Of a stretch of 64,000 bases of DNA, positions 47,262 through 57,301 are shown piece by piece. The number at the start of each line of letters is the position of its first letter. The first letter of the stretch is position 1. The translations under genes were made by a program, and so were the position numbers. The notes under the pieces are model-generated. The model saw only the letters and a program-made list of their open reading frames with translations. It did not search any database and was not told the origin of the DNA. Origin of the DNA: an uncultured Alphaproteobacteria bacterium (GTDB lineage Bacteria; Pseudomonadota; Alphaproteobacteria; HIMB59); contig CACCLU010000004.1 of NCBI GenBank assembly GCA_902546975.1, positions 89,134 through 153,133 of the forward strand, in the 5' to 3' direction.

Positions 47262-48215
47262 TTACGATTCTATCTGATTAAGTAGATCTAACTCTTTAAT
47301 AATTTCAGGTATTGCTTGAAATAAATCCGAAGAAAGTCCGTAGTCAGCTATATTAAATATTGGTGCCTCTAAATCCTTATTAATAGCGACTATGACTTTA
47401 CTTTCTTTCATACCCGCTAAATGCTGTATTGCACCGGATATACCTACGGCAATATAAAGCTCAGGAGCAACCATTTTACCAGTTTGTCCGACTTGGTATT
47501 CATTGCCAATATATCCTGAATCAACAGCAGCTCTCGACGCTCCAACAGCTGCATTAAGTTTATCAGCTAAATCATATAAAAGTTTAAAATTATCAGAGTT
47601 TTCTAGTCCTCTACCTCCAGACACAACCACTCGAGCATTGCCCAATTCAGGTCTGTCACTCTTTGATACTTCTCTACTTACGAATGTTGTTTTAACCTCT
47701 GAATCGATGAAAGGAATATTTTCTACAGCAGCATCGCCCCCTGCTTCTTCACATTTTTCAAAAGAAGTGGGCCTGATAGTCATTAAATTAATTTTTTGAT
47801 CAGTTTGAACATAAGAAATAGCGTTTCCCGCGTAAATAGGTCTAATAAAAGTATCTTGGGACTCTATGCCTATAATATCACTTATTTGCGTAACATCTAA
47901 CTGAGCAGATACTCTAGGTAGCAGGTTTTTTCCAAATGTACTAGAAGGTGCTAAAATGTGTGAATAGTTTTCAGCTAAATTAGAAATTATTGGAGATGAT
48001 AATTCTGGTATTTGATTTTCTAATTTCTCATGATCACAAATAATTACTTTTTTAACTAACTGTATTGATTTTGCACTTTTAGCAAGTTCTTCAATTTTAT
48101 TCCCTAAAATTAAAAGATGAATATCTTCGCTTAATTTTTCGGCAGCACTAATAGTATTAAGAGTTGATGATTTTAAATTTTTGTTATCATGTTCCGCTAC
48201 TACAAGTACAGACAT
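47262..48215 (-). CDS. etfA: Electron transfer flavoprotein alpha subunit
   Basis: VVSGGRG, GASRAAVD, QVGQTGK, GISGAIQHLAGM. Confidence 0.95.
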   Translation of the reverse strand: MSVLVVAEHDNKNLKSSTLNTISAAEKLSEDIHLLILGNKIEELAKSAKSIQLVKKVIICDHEKLENQIPELSSPIISNLAENYSHILAPSSTFGKNLLPRVSAQLDVTQISDIIGIESQDTFIRPIYAGNAISYVQTDQKINLMTIRPTSFEKCEEAGGDAAVENIPFIDSEVKTTFVSREVSKSDRPELGNARVVVSGGRGLENSDNFKLLYDLADKLNAAVGASRAAVDSGYIGNEYQVGQTGKMVAPELYIAVGISGAIQHLAGMKESKVIVAINKDLEAPIFNIADYGLSSDLFQAIPEIIKELDLLNQIES

Positions 48216-48965
48216 TTATATTACTTTTGCCTCGTATTTTAGTTTTTGAACCAATTCTTTTACATCATTAACCATAATCCCTGCTTTTCTTTTTGGAGGC
48301 TCAATTACTTTTAAGGTTTTAATTTTTGATGATGTATCAATTCCAAGAGTGTCAATATCAATTGTCTCAAGAGGTTTTTTTTTAGCCTTCATTATATTTG
48401 GAAGAGAGGCAAACCTTGGTGTGTTTAATCTTAAATCACATGTTAAAACAGCTGGAAGTGAAGTCTCTAGGTTTTCAATACCTTCATCTATCTCCCTTGA
48501 TATAAAAACTTTATTATTTTCAATTTTTAAATTTGAAATAAAACATCCTTGTGGCCAATTTAATAATGCAGATAAAATCTGACCTGTTTGATTTGAGTCA
48601 TCATCGATAGCTTGTTTACCCATTAAAACGAGATCTGGTTTTTCTTTATCAATTATTATTTTTAGTGTTTTAGCTACTGCTAATGGCTCTAATGTGTTTT
48701 GACTTTTAACCAATATAGACCTATCAATTCCCATAGCCATAGATGTTCTTAAAACATCTTGGGATTTATCATCTCCAATAGATACAGATATTATCTCATT
48801 TGCAAGACCCTGTTCCTTAAGCTTTACTGCCTCTTCAATGGCATTTTCATCTGGTGGATTAACAGACATTTTAACATTTTGAGTTTCTACTCCACTATTG
48901 TCGCTTTTTACTCTTATCTGCACTTTGTAATCAACGACCCTTTTGACAGCAACTAAAACTTTCAT
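48216..48965 (-). CDS. etfB: Electron transfer flavoprotein beta subunit (start at ATG 48965)
   Basis: MKVLVAVKRVVDY, GKQAIDDDSNQTG, PRFASLPNIMKAKKK. Confidence 0.95.
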   Translation of the reverse strand: MKVLVAVKRVVDYKVQIRVKSDNSGVETQNVKMSVNPPDENAIEEAVKLKEQGLANEIISVSIGDDKSQDVLRTSMAMGIDRSILVKSQNTLEPLAVAKTLKIIIDKEKPDLVLMGKQAIDDDSNQTGQILSALLNWPQGCFISNLKIENNKVFISREIDEGIENLETSLPAVLTCDLRLNTPRFASLPNIMKAKKKPLETIDIDTLGIDTSSKIKTLKVIEPPKRKAGIMVNDVKELVQKLKYEAKVI

Positions 48966-49017
48966 TTGAATTTCAATAAAATAAACTAAGTTAAACAACT
49001 TACAAGATCCAAAAACT

Positions 49018-49563
49018 ATGACAAATATTAAGAAGAGGAAGATCTACAAAAATATTTATGAATTATTAATTAAATATACTAATAAACTTGATTTTAAAGA
49101 GATAAGAGAAAATTACATTTATAATGGAAATAGTGTCTCAGCTATTTGTTTTAATAAACAAGATCAAGTTTTTTATTTCACAAGACAGATGAGACCAAAT
49201 TATTTTTTTAATAAATTTTCACCTTACCCTCTGGAAATAGTAGCAGGTGGGATTAACAAGAAAGAAACAAGTAGACAGGCTATTATCAGAGAAATAAAAG
49301 AGGAACTTGGAGTCAAACCTATTTCGGTAAAAAAGTTGGAGTCACTCATTATTGCCCCAGATATTTTAGAAGAAATTACTGATATCTATCTTGCATACGT
49401 ACCTAGAATTACAAACTTTAAAATTATAAATCCTAATGAGGGAGAATATATAAAGATAATCCCGATGAAAAAAAAACAAATTTTAGAAATTTTAAAAACA
49501 AATAGAACACAAAATATTGTTACAAAATACTCTTTTTTAAAAATAAAAGAGCTTAAGATTTAA
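49018..49563 (+). CDS. NUDIX hydrolase (ADP-ribose pyrophosphatase-like)
   Basis: Nudix box GGINKKETSRQAIIREIKEELG; RQMR. Confidence 0.85.
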   Translation: MTNIKKRKIYKNIYELLIKYTNKLDFKEIRENYIYNGNSVSAICFNKQDQVFYFTRQMRPNYFFNKFSPYPLEIVAGGINKKETSRQAIIREIKEELGVKPISVKKLESLIIAPDILEEITDIYLAYVPRITNFKIINPNEGEYIKIIPMKKKQILEILKTNRTQNIVTKYSFLKIKELKI

Positions 49564-51985
49564 TCTTAATCATCTCTTTATCATAGATAGGATAAAGATG
49601 CACATTGCAGGGAACTTTTTTAGTAGCTATCTCTAATTCATAATTACCATTTTCTACAAAATTTTGATCAATAACATCTTTGCTTCTTATGTACCCATAA
49701 CCAATAGATTTGCCTATGGTGTATCCATAACCTCCACTTGATAACCAACCTACTTGTTTACCATCTCTAAATATAGTTTCTCTTCCTAAAAGGATTTGAT
49801 TTGGATCATCGCACGTAAAACCTGCAAAAATCTTTTTCAAACCTTTTGATTTTTGATTTAATAGTGCTTTTTTTCCAATGAAATCTTTGTCAGAGTTAAT
49901 TTTAGTTGCCCATCCTAATCCAGCCTCAAGAGGAGTATGGTCTGGCCCGATATCTGAACCCCAAGCTCTGTAGCCCTTTTCTAAACGACAACTCTCTATA
50001 CATCGATATCCAGCATTAACTAATCCAAATTGATTTCCATATTCCATTATTTTTGAATAAATTTCTGAGGAAAAATCTATTGGGAAATGGAGCTCCCAAC
50101 CTAACTCACCCATATAGGTTATTCTAATTGCATAAACATCTTTTGATGCAATTTTGATTTTTTTACATGTAGCAAATGGAAAATTATCATTTGATAAATC
50201 TGTATTTGTAAGTCCTTGAAGGATCTTTCTAGAATTTGGTCCCATTAATGAAAAAACTGAATTATCAAATGTTATATTTTTAACTTCTACTTCTAAATTA
50301 TTTGGAATATTTGAAATTATCCAATCATAGTCATGGGTCATAAAACCTGTTCCAGTTATTATATAAAAGGTATTTTTATCTATAACTGTTATTGTTAAAT
50401 CACATTCAATTCCACCATCGTCATTCAACATTTGGGTATAGATTGTCGAACCAATTGGTCTTTCAATTTTATTTGCACATAAATACTCTAAAGCTTGTAG
50501 TGAGTCTTTACCTGATACAATAAACTTAGCGAAAGATGTTTGGTCAATTAGAACAGCACTCTCTCTTGCGGCCTTTACTTCATTTCCAACAAATTCAAAC
50601 CAATTTTGTCTGTCAAAGGAATAAATATCCCTAGGCTCACTTCCTTTTGGTGCAAACCAATTAGGTCTCTCCCAACCCATTTTTTCACCAAAGCATGCAT
50701 TTGAGCTTTTAAGTTTTTCATAAATTGGAGATTTTTTAAATTCTCTCACTGAGGAGTTTTCCTCAAAAGGCCATGCCATAGTGTAATGTTTAGCATAAGC
50801 CTCATAAGTTCTTTTTCTTACCCACTCCAAATCTTGATGGGGTTTTCCAAATCTTCTTATATCAACTGGCCATAAATCGTAAGGTGGTCTTCCATTAGCT
50901 ACCCATTCTGCAAGTGCCATACCCGCTCCACCTCCAGCAGCTATCCCATATGCGTTGAAACCTGCGCCAACATAAAAGTTTTTTAATTCAGGACTCTCTC
51001 CTAAAATAAAGTTTCCATCTGGAGTAAAACTCTCTGGTCCATTTATTAATTCTTTGACCCCAGCAGTTTCAAGACTAGGGACTCTTCCAAGAGCATTATT
51101 CATTATTTGTTCAAAATGATCGTAATTTGAGTCTAAAAGTGAAAAATGAAAATCTTCTGGGACTGATTTTTCAGCCCATGATAAAGGGTTAGGTTCATAC
51201 CCTCCCATTGCAAGGCCTCCAACTTCCTCTTTAAAATAAATTAACCTGTCAGGATCTCTTAAAGTAGGAAGGTCTGATTTAACACCCTCTATTTTTTCAG
51301 TAACCAAATATTGATGTTGAAAAGATACTAAAGGGACATTAACTCCAACATCTTGTGCAAACTGTCTGGTCCACTGACCACAACAACAAACAATTTTTTC
51401 ACACTTTACTTTACCTTTAGATGTTTCAATACCTTCAATTACGCCATTATTTATAATTACCTTTGATACTCTAGTTTCCTCAAATATTTTTGCTCCTTTG
51501 TTTCTAGCTCCTTTAGCCAATGCTTGTGAAATATCTGTCGGATTTGCTTGTCCATCTGTAGGAAGGAAGGCTGCTCCATAAACATCATCTATATTCATGA
51601 TTGGCCATAAATCTTGAGCCTCTTTTGGAGTAAGTAGTTCCATCTTCAAACCAAATGAATGAGCTGTAGTAGTTTGTCTTAAAACCTCCTGCCATCTCTC
51701 TTTATTACAAGCTAGTCTCAATCCACCATTCATCTTCCATCCTGTTCCTAATCCTGTTTCTTTTTCAAGCTTGTCATAAAGATCAACAGAATATCCTAAT
51801 AATTGTGTAATATTTGCATTTGTTCTTAATTGGCCAACTAGTCCAGCAGCATGCCATGTACTACCAGATGTTAATTTACCACTTTCAATAAGTACAACTT
51901 CATGTCCTAAATCAGCTAAGTGATATACAGTAGAGCAACCCACTATACCACCCCCAATTACTACAATTTTTGAACTATCTATCAT
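49553..51985 (-). CDS. FAD-dependent N-methyl-amino-acid dehydrogenase, DAO + GcvT fusion (dimethylglycine/sarcosine dehydrogenase family)
   Basis: GGGIVG, GSTWHAAG, NGPESFTPD, GWERPNWF, RLEKGYRAWG. Confidence 0.9.
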   Translation of the reverse strand: MIDSSKIVVIGGGIVGCSTVYHLADLGHEVVLIESGKLTSGSTWHAAGLVGQLRTNANITQLLGYSVDLYDKLEKETGLGTGWKMNGGLRLACNKERWQEVLRQTTTAHSFGLKMELLTPKEAQDLWPIMNIDDVYGAAFLPTDGQANPTDISQALAKGARNKGAKIFEETRVSKVIINNGVIEGIETSKGKVKCEKIVCCCGQWTRQFAQDVGVNVPLVSFQHQYLVTEKIEGVKSDLPTLRDPDRLIYFKEEVGGLAMGGYEPNPLSWAEKSVPEDFHFSLLDSNYDHFEQIMNNALGRVPSLETAGVKELINGPESFTPDGNFILGESPELKNFYVGAGFNAYGIAAGGGAGMALAEWVANGRPPYDLWPVDIRRFGKPHQDLEWVRKRTYEAYAKHYTMAWPFEENSSVREFKKSPIYEKLKSSNACFGEKMGWERPNWFAPKGSEPRDIYSFDRQNWFEFVGNEVKAARESAVLIDQTSFAKFIVSGKDSLQALEYLCANKIERPIGSTIYTQMLNDDGGIECDLTITVIDKNTFYIITGTGFMTHDYDWIISNIPNNLEVEVKNITFDNSVFSLMGPNSRKILQGLTNTDLSNDNFPFATCKKIKIASKDVYAIRITYMGELGWELHFPIDFSSEIYSKIMEYGNQFGLVNAGYRCIESCRLEKGYRAWGSDIGPDHTPLEAGLGWATKINSDKDFIGKKALLNQKSKGLKKIFAGFTCDDPNQILLGRETIFRDGKQVGWLSSGGYGYTIGKSIGYGYIRSKDVIDQNFVENGNYELEIATKKVPCNVHLYPIYDKEMIKIKS

Positions 51986-52842
51986 TATAGTTTATCAAAC
52001 GACTCCTCAAATTTTTTGAGATTATCTGAAGTATACTCAGCATAATTAAATTCTATCTTAGAAGTGATCTCAGAGACCATACTCCACATTGTCTCTCTTA
52101 ATAAACTAGCAGTTTTCATTGCGTTATATTTAATTATTAAATCTTTTAATGGTTTTTCTTTAAAATACATTTCTAAAACTTCATTTTCTAGATTTTCATC
52201 TAAATCATTATTAGAAGATAAACCCCCTATATCAAACAAAGGATCATTAAAACCACCATATTCCCAATCTACTACCCATATTTTAGAACCATCATCAAGA
52301 AAATTTGCAGCCAATAAATCATTATGACCAAATACAATTTCTCTTGGAGAGGAGAGTTTTTCTAACTTTTCTGCTTTTTTTAACAAACTTGGAATTAATG
52401 AAATGTGAGAGCTATTATTATTTAATAAGTAATTTGAGTAGTACTTTATGACATAAAAAACCCAGAAAATTTGAGGCTGACCTGATAACTTGTTAGGTAT
52501 TTCATCATGAATTTTTCTTATGATCGGAACAATTTTATTTAAATTTTCTCTTACAGTTTTTGGTTCAAGAGTTTTACTTTCAATGAATTCTAAGACCAAT
52601 ACTCCAGGTTCATTATAAATTAATTTTGGAGACACCCCTATTTGATAGGCTGCTTCACTAACAATAATTTCGTTTGATCGATAAACTAGATGTTCTGGTA
52701 TATCTAAACCTAATCTAACAACTGATTTAGAACCAGAGTCTGATACTAAGAAATTAAGATTTGTAATTCCTCCCTCTAAAGGTTCAATATTTTCAAGATT
52801 TTTCCATATTGGAAGACTCTTGATTTTATTTTCAAATTCCAT
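51985..52842 (-). CDS. Choline/ethanolamine kinase-family phosphotransferase
   Basis: GGITNLNF, HNDLLAANF, VDWEYGG. Confidence 0.85.
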   Translation of the reverse strand: MEFENKIKSLPIWKNLENIEPLEGGITNLNFLVSDSGSKSVVRLGLDIPEHLVYRSNEIIVSEAAYQIGVSPKLIYNEPGVLVLEFIESKTLEPKTVRENLNKIVPIIRKIHDEIPNKLSGQPQIFWVFYVIKYYSNYLLNNNSSHISLIPSLLKKAEKLEKLSSPREIVFGHNDLLAANFLDDGSKIWVVDWEYGGFNDPLFDIGGLSSNNDLDENLENEVLEMYFKEKPLKDLIIKYNAMKTASLLRETMWSMVSEITSKIEFNYAEYTSDNLKKFEESFDKL

Positions 52843-52965
52843 TTGATTAAAACATACTGATCTTTGAATTATTTTCTACGGATAAAATCCAAAAACATTT
52901 GAAATTTTTTATAGAATTTTTTTTAAAAGCTATAATAATCTCCATATATATATTTAGGAGGTAGT

Positions 52966-54003
52966 ATGGATCTAATACAGAGACTCAATGAAGGAACTAT
53001 TTTGTGTGCAGAAGGCTATCTTTTTGCAATGGAGAGAAGAGGATATTTACAGGCAGGAACTTACGTTCCTGAGGTTGTTCTTGATAATCCTGAAGTAGTA
53101 ACTCAACTTCATAGAGAGTTTATTAGAGCTGGTAGTGATGTTGTTCAAGCATTTACTTATTACGGTCACAGAGAAAAGTTGCGTTTGATTGGAAAGGAAG
53201 AATTATTAGAACCTCTTCAAAAAAATGCATTAGAAATTGCAAAAAATGCTGCAGCTGAGTTTCCCCAGTTAGATTTAATGATAGCTGGTAATGTAGCTAA
53301 TACTAATATTTATGACCCTGATGACAAACAATCTCACATTGATTGTCAAAAAATGTTTGAAGAACAAATAGCTTGGGCAAAAGAAGCTAATGTTGATTTT
53401 GTTATTGCTGAAACAATTAATTGGACTGAAGAAGCTAAATTAGCATTAAAGGAAATTAAAAATGCAGGTTTAATAGCTGTCGTAAATCTTGCTATACCTA
53501 AAGGTGACAAAACAAGAGAAGGCCATAGTGCTGCAGAGGCCTGTAAAATTTTGGAAGACCATGGTGCTGATGTAGTTGGCCTTAATTGTTATCGTGGTCC
53601 TGAAATGACAATGAAACTGCTGCCAAGCATTAGAGAAAAAGTCTCATGCCATGTGGCTGCATTACCTGTTCCATATAGAACAACTGAAGAATTCCCAACA
53701 CACATGTATATAGAGGATCCAAATTGTAATTGTTTAGATGGTAATGTTTCTCATATTGCTCTTGATGGATTAACATGTAACAGGTTTGAAATGGCTGAAT
53801 TCACCAAACAATGTATGGACATCAATGTAAATTTTATTGGTATTTGTTGCGGTGCCGACCCTCATCATGTAAGAGAAATGGCAGTTGCTATGGGTAGAAA
53901 ACCAATTTCTTATAAATATTACCCTGATATGAGCAAACATTTTTCTCATGGCACAGAAAGCAGTCTTAAGGACATTAACAAAACTAACGAATGGCTTAAA
54001 TAA
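52966..54003 (+). CDS. Homocysteine S-methyltransferase (betaine-homocysteine methyltransferase-like)
   Basis: AEGYLFAMERRGY, Zn ligands GLNC and GICCG; SD AGGAGG. Confidence 0.88.
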   Translation: MDLIQRLNEGTILCAEGYLFAMERRGYLQAGTYVPEVVLDNPEVVTQLHREFIRAGSDVVQAFTYYGHREKLRLIGKEELLEPLQKNALEIAKNAAAEFPQLDLMIAGNVANTNIYDPDDKQSHIDCQKMFEEQIAWAKEANVDFVIAETINWTEEAKLALKEIKNAGLIAVVNLAIPKGDKTREGHSAAEACKILEDHGADVVGLNCYRGPEMTMKLLPSIREKVSCHVAALPVPYRTTEEFPTHMYIEDPNCNCLDGNVSHIALDGLTCNRFEMAEFTKQCMDINVNFIGICCGADPHHVREMAVAMGRKPISYKYYPDMSKHFSHGTESSLKDINKTNEWLK

Positions 54004-54033
54004 TTAATAAGACTTATAAAAAATAAATTTTAG

Positions 54034-54765
54034 ATGAGTATATGGGGAAAACTTTTAGCTGGGACTTTTGGTTTTGCTCTTGGGGGGCCAATCGGAGCTA
54101 TGTTAGGTGTAATAGCGGGTCACAGTGTTGATCGTATTCGAAACCAAAAATCTGACTCTAATATAGCCTCTAATTCACCACAAGAAATTATAACGATAGG
54201 TATAATTATTTTAGCAGCTAAACTGGCTAAAGCAGATGGTCAAGTTACAACTGATGAAATAAGCGCCTTTAAAGAAAAATTTAAAATACCTCCTGATTTT
54301 CAAAGTGATGTTAGCAAAATATTTAATGAAGCTAAAAAAAGCTCTGATGACTATCATCAATATGCTCAACAAATAGGAATGCTATTTCGTGGACAGCCTC
54401 AAGTTTTGGAGCAAATTTTAAACTTACTTTTTTATATCGCAGAGGCTGATGGTGAAATCAGCGACTCAGAAATAGTATTTATTCAAAATTGTTCTGATTA
54501 TTTTGGACTAAATAAAGCTCAATATGAAAGCATAAAAACTATGTGGCTGGATAAACAAATTGATCCATACAAAATTTTAGGAGTTGAGAAAAGTTTTTCT
54601 GATGGTGAAATTAGAAAGAGATGGATACAGCTAAGCAAAGAGTTACACCCTGACCAATTAAGGGCACAGGGTGTTCCTCAAGAATTAATCATTAAATCTG
54701 AAGACAGACTATCCGAGATAAATCAAGCCTACGATAAAATAAAAAGTATTCGCAAAATCAATTAA
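54034..54765 (+). CDS. djlA: DjlA-like co-chaperone (TerB + J domain)
   Basis: N-terminal GGPIGAMLG anchor, KLAKADG, C-terminal J domain with HPD. Confidence 0.82.
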   Translation: MSIWGKLLAGTFGFALGGPIGAMLGVIAGHSVDRIRNQKSDSNIASNSPQEIITIGIIILAAKLAKADGQVTTDEISAFKEKFKIPPDFQSDVSKIFNEAKKSSDDYHQYAQQIGMLFRGQPQVLEQILNLLFYIAEADGEISDSEIVFIQNCSDYFGLNKAQYESIKTMWLDKQIDPYKILGVEKSFSDGEIRKRWIQLSKELHPDQLRAQGVPQELIIKSEDRLSEINQAYDKIKSIRKIN

Positions 54766-54965
54766 ACTTTTTTTAACTGATCTGCTTTGGATTTGCCTTT
54801 GTCTTCAACAACTTCAAATTCGACTTTGTCGCCTTCATCGAGGCGGTCTAAACCTGCTTGTTGAACAGCTGTGATGTGGACAAAGATATCTTTATCTTCT
54901 CCATCAGGGGCAATAAACCCATATCCTTTTTTTGGGTTAAACCATTTCACTGTTCCTGTAGCCAT
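54762..54965 (-). CDS. Cold-shock protein
   Basis: GTVKWFN, KGYGFI (RNP1), DIFVH (RNP2). Confidence 0.95.
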   Translation of the reverse strand: MATGTVKWFNPKKGYGFIAPDGEDKDIFVHITAVQQAGLDRLDEGDKVEFEVVEDKGKSKADQLKKV

Positions 54966-55109
54966 TTATAGTCCTTTCTTAATCTTAAGTAGTAAATATT
55001 TAGCGTATCCAAACATAGTTAAAAATTTTATGAGATTTTTTTAATTAGTATTCAAATAATAAGCCTAAATATTGGTAAACTTTTTATAGCAATTTTTCTA
55101 AATTTAAAG

Positions 55110-55901
55110 TTAAAAATGGTAAACCGGGCCGCTACCTTTACCAATTTTATACAAACTTCCTTTAATTATGGCTCTTTTTATATAATTTCTTGATTTTTTG
55201 ACAGAATTTAAAATATCTTCACCTAAAGCTAAATTCGAAGCAATTGCTGACGATAAAGTACACCCAGTTCCATGTGTGTTTTTACTTTTAATGATACTAG
55301 ACTCAAAAAAGTGAATTTTTTTATTTTTTTTTATAAATAGACAGTCGAATATTTTTCCATTTTTAATTAAACCTTTGATCAGTATATCCTTAGCGCCAAT
55401 TTTTTCTAAAATTTGAATTGCATTAATCATATCATCTTTACTATTAATCTTGGTATTTGTAAGAATTTCTGCCTCCTTCAAATTAGGAGTAATTATCATA
55501 GATTTTGTTATAAGGTTTTTAGTTAAACTTGATATAGCGCTTTTCTTTAAGAGTAAATAACCAGATGTTGAAACCATAACAGGGTCTAAAACAACTTTAG
55601 ATATTTTATAGTTGTCAATAAATTTTGAAATTTCTTGAATAATTTTTTTATCACTTAACATACCAATCTTTATTGAGTCTGGTTTAATATCACTACACGT
55701 CGTATTAAGTTGTTCTCTTATAAACTTTGGGGTTGTATTAAAAATACTTTTTACCTCTTGAGTATTTTGTGCAGTTAAAGCAGTAATTACAGACATCGCA
55801 TAACATTTAAAGTATGTTATAGTTTTAATATCAGCTTGGATACCTGCTCCTCCTGATGAGTCAGAACCTGCAATTGTTAATACAGTTTTATATCTTTTCA
55901 T
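55110..55901 (-). CDS. thiD: Hydroxymethylpyrimidine/phosphomethylpyrimidine kinase
   Basis: TIAGSDSSGGAGIQAD, DPVMVS, TPNL.EA, HGTGCT. Confidence 0.95.
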   Translation of the reverse strand: MKRYKTVLTIAGSDSSGGAGIQADIKTITYFKCYAMSVITALTAQNTQEVKSIFNTTPKFIREQLNTTCSDIKPDSIKIGMLSDKKIIQEISKFIDNYKISKVVLDPVMVSTSGYLLLKKSAISSLTKNLITKSMIITPNLKEAEILTNTKINSKDDMINAIQILEKIGAKDILIKGLIKNGKIFDCLFIKKNKKIHFFESSIIKSKNTHGTGCTLSSAIASNLALGEDILNSVKKSRNYIKRAIIKGSLYKIGKGSGPVYHF

Positions 55902-56511
55902 AACTTGAAATAATTTTACTTACATCCATGCAATTCATTTTAATATTACCTTTTAATAAAGAGGATATCATAGCAACTCCATGGATTTTTAGTTTAAGTA
56001 TACTATTTACATCACTAATATTGATACCTCCTATTGCTATTAAAGGGATTTTTGTAGTTTTAGCACAAATTTTAAGCCCGCTTAAACCAAAATAATTTTT
56101 CATTTCTTTTTTTGTATTTGACGAGAAGGCTGAAACACCTATGTAGTCAACTCCCTTTAACTTTTTTACCTTTATGAATTCATTTTTATTACTTGCTGAA
56201 ACTCCTATTATAGCTTTTCTTCCCAATAATTTCCTAGCTTGATTATAGGGTAAATCATCCATACCAACATGTGCACCATGAGCATTTATAGATTTCGCAA
56301 TATCCACACGATCATTGACAATGAGGGTTTTTTTAAATTTAACACAATCTTTTTTTAAATCTTTCCCTAAGTTGTATAAATCAATTGTTTTTAAATTTTT
56401 AAACCTTAATTGAATACAATCGACCTTACTCTCAAATATTATTTTCAAATAATTATCCAACTTACTTAATGGTGTAAGTTTATCGTCAGTAACAAAACAA
56501 AATTTAAACAC
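55888..56511 (-). CDS. thiE: Thiamine phosphate synthase
   Basis: QLRFK, VNDRVD, GAHVGMDD, IAIGGI. Confidence 0.92.
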   Translation of the reverse strand: MFKFCFVTDDKLTPLSKLDNYLKIIFESKVDCIQLRFKNLKTIDLYNLGKDLKKDCVKFKKTLIVNDRVDIAKSINAHGAHVGMDDLPYNQARKLLGRKAIIGVSASNKNEFIKVKKLKGVDYIGVSAFSSNTKKEMKNYFGLSGLKICAKTTKIPLIAIGGINISDVNSILKLKIHGVAMISSLLKGNIKMNCMDVSKIISSYEKI

Positions 56512-57301
56512 TAGTAATTTTTAAATTATCTAAAATTTCTTTTTCTGTAATATTATTTAATTTGTTCAAGAAATTTACTTGAAAATCTCCTGGCCCCTCT
56601 GATTTTGATGCTGCGAGTTCTCCTGCGATTGAAAAAATAGCCGCTGAGCTTATCGCAGATTTGTATAAACTTTCACCTACAGAAGCAAATGCTCCTACTA
56701 TGCACGATAAAGAGCAACCGATAGCTGTAACCTTCGTCATAACACTTGATCCATTTGAAATTTTAGTGACATTATCTTCATAAATAATGAAGTCGTCTCT
56801 ACCGCTTATAAATACAACACAATTATTCTCGTTAGATAAAATTTTTCCAGACTCAATAGCTGCGTGACTTTCAATTGATGAGTCAACTCCCTTTGAAGAT
56901 ATTTTATTTTGATCTACTAGTGATTGAATTTCAGATGCGTTTCCTCTGATAATTAATTTTTTAGAGCTTTTAATAATGTCAAGAGAAGTTTGAGTTCTTA
57001 ACTTACTCGCACCTGAACCCACAGGGTCTAATATGATTGGTTTTTCTTGTTCAACATAATATTTAGAAGCCTCTAAAAAGCTAGGCCTCCAATTATCGTC
57101 TAACGTTCCAATATTATTAACAAGACAAGACGATATAGCAGCTATTTCTTTAAGTTCATTTGTTGCATGAGACATCAAAGGAGATGCTCCGATAGAGAGA
57201 AGAATATTAGCGTTTATGTTCATTGCCACGTAATTTGTAATACAATGTACAAGCGCTCCTTTATGTCTTAAGTTTTTTAAATCATTATAAATATGTTCCA
57301 T
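56504..57301 (-). CDS. thiM: Hydroxyethylthiazole kinase
   Basis: VHCITNYV, ILDPVG, IRGNASEI, TAIGCS. Confidence 0.93.
   Translation of the reverse strand: MEHIYNDLKNLRHKGALVHCITNYVAMNINANILLSIGASPLMSHATNELKEIAAISSCLVNNIGTLDDNWRPSFLEASKYYVEQEKPIILDPVGSGASKLRTQTSLDIIKSSKKLIIRGNASEIQSLVDQNKISSKGVDSSIESHAAIESGKILSNENNCVVFISGRDDFIIYEDNVTKISNGSSVMTKVTAIGCSLSCIVGAFASVGESLYKSAISSAAIFSIAGELAASKSEGPGDFQVNFLNKLNNITEKEILDNLKITSV

Noticed and set aside
52843-52965. SAM-V/SAM-II riboswitch upstream of the homocysteine methyltransferase
   Set aside because: Expected by analogy with SAR11 bhmT, but the spacer is AT-rich with no recognisable conserved core or pseudoknot.
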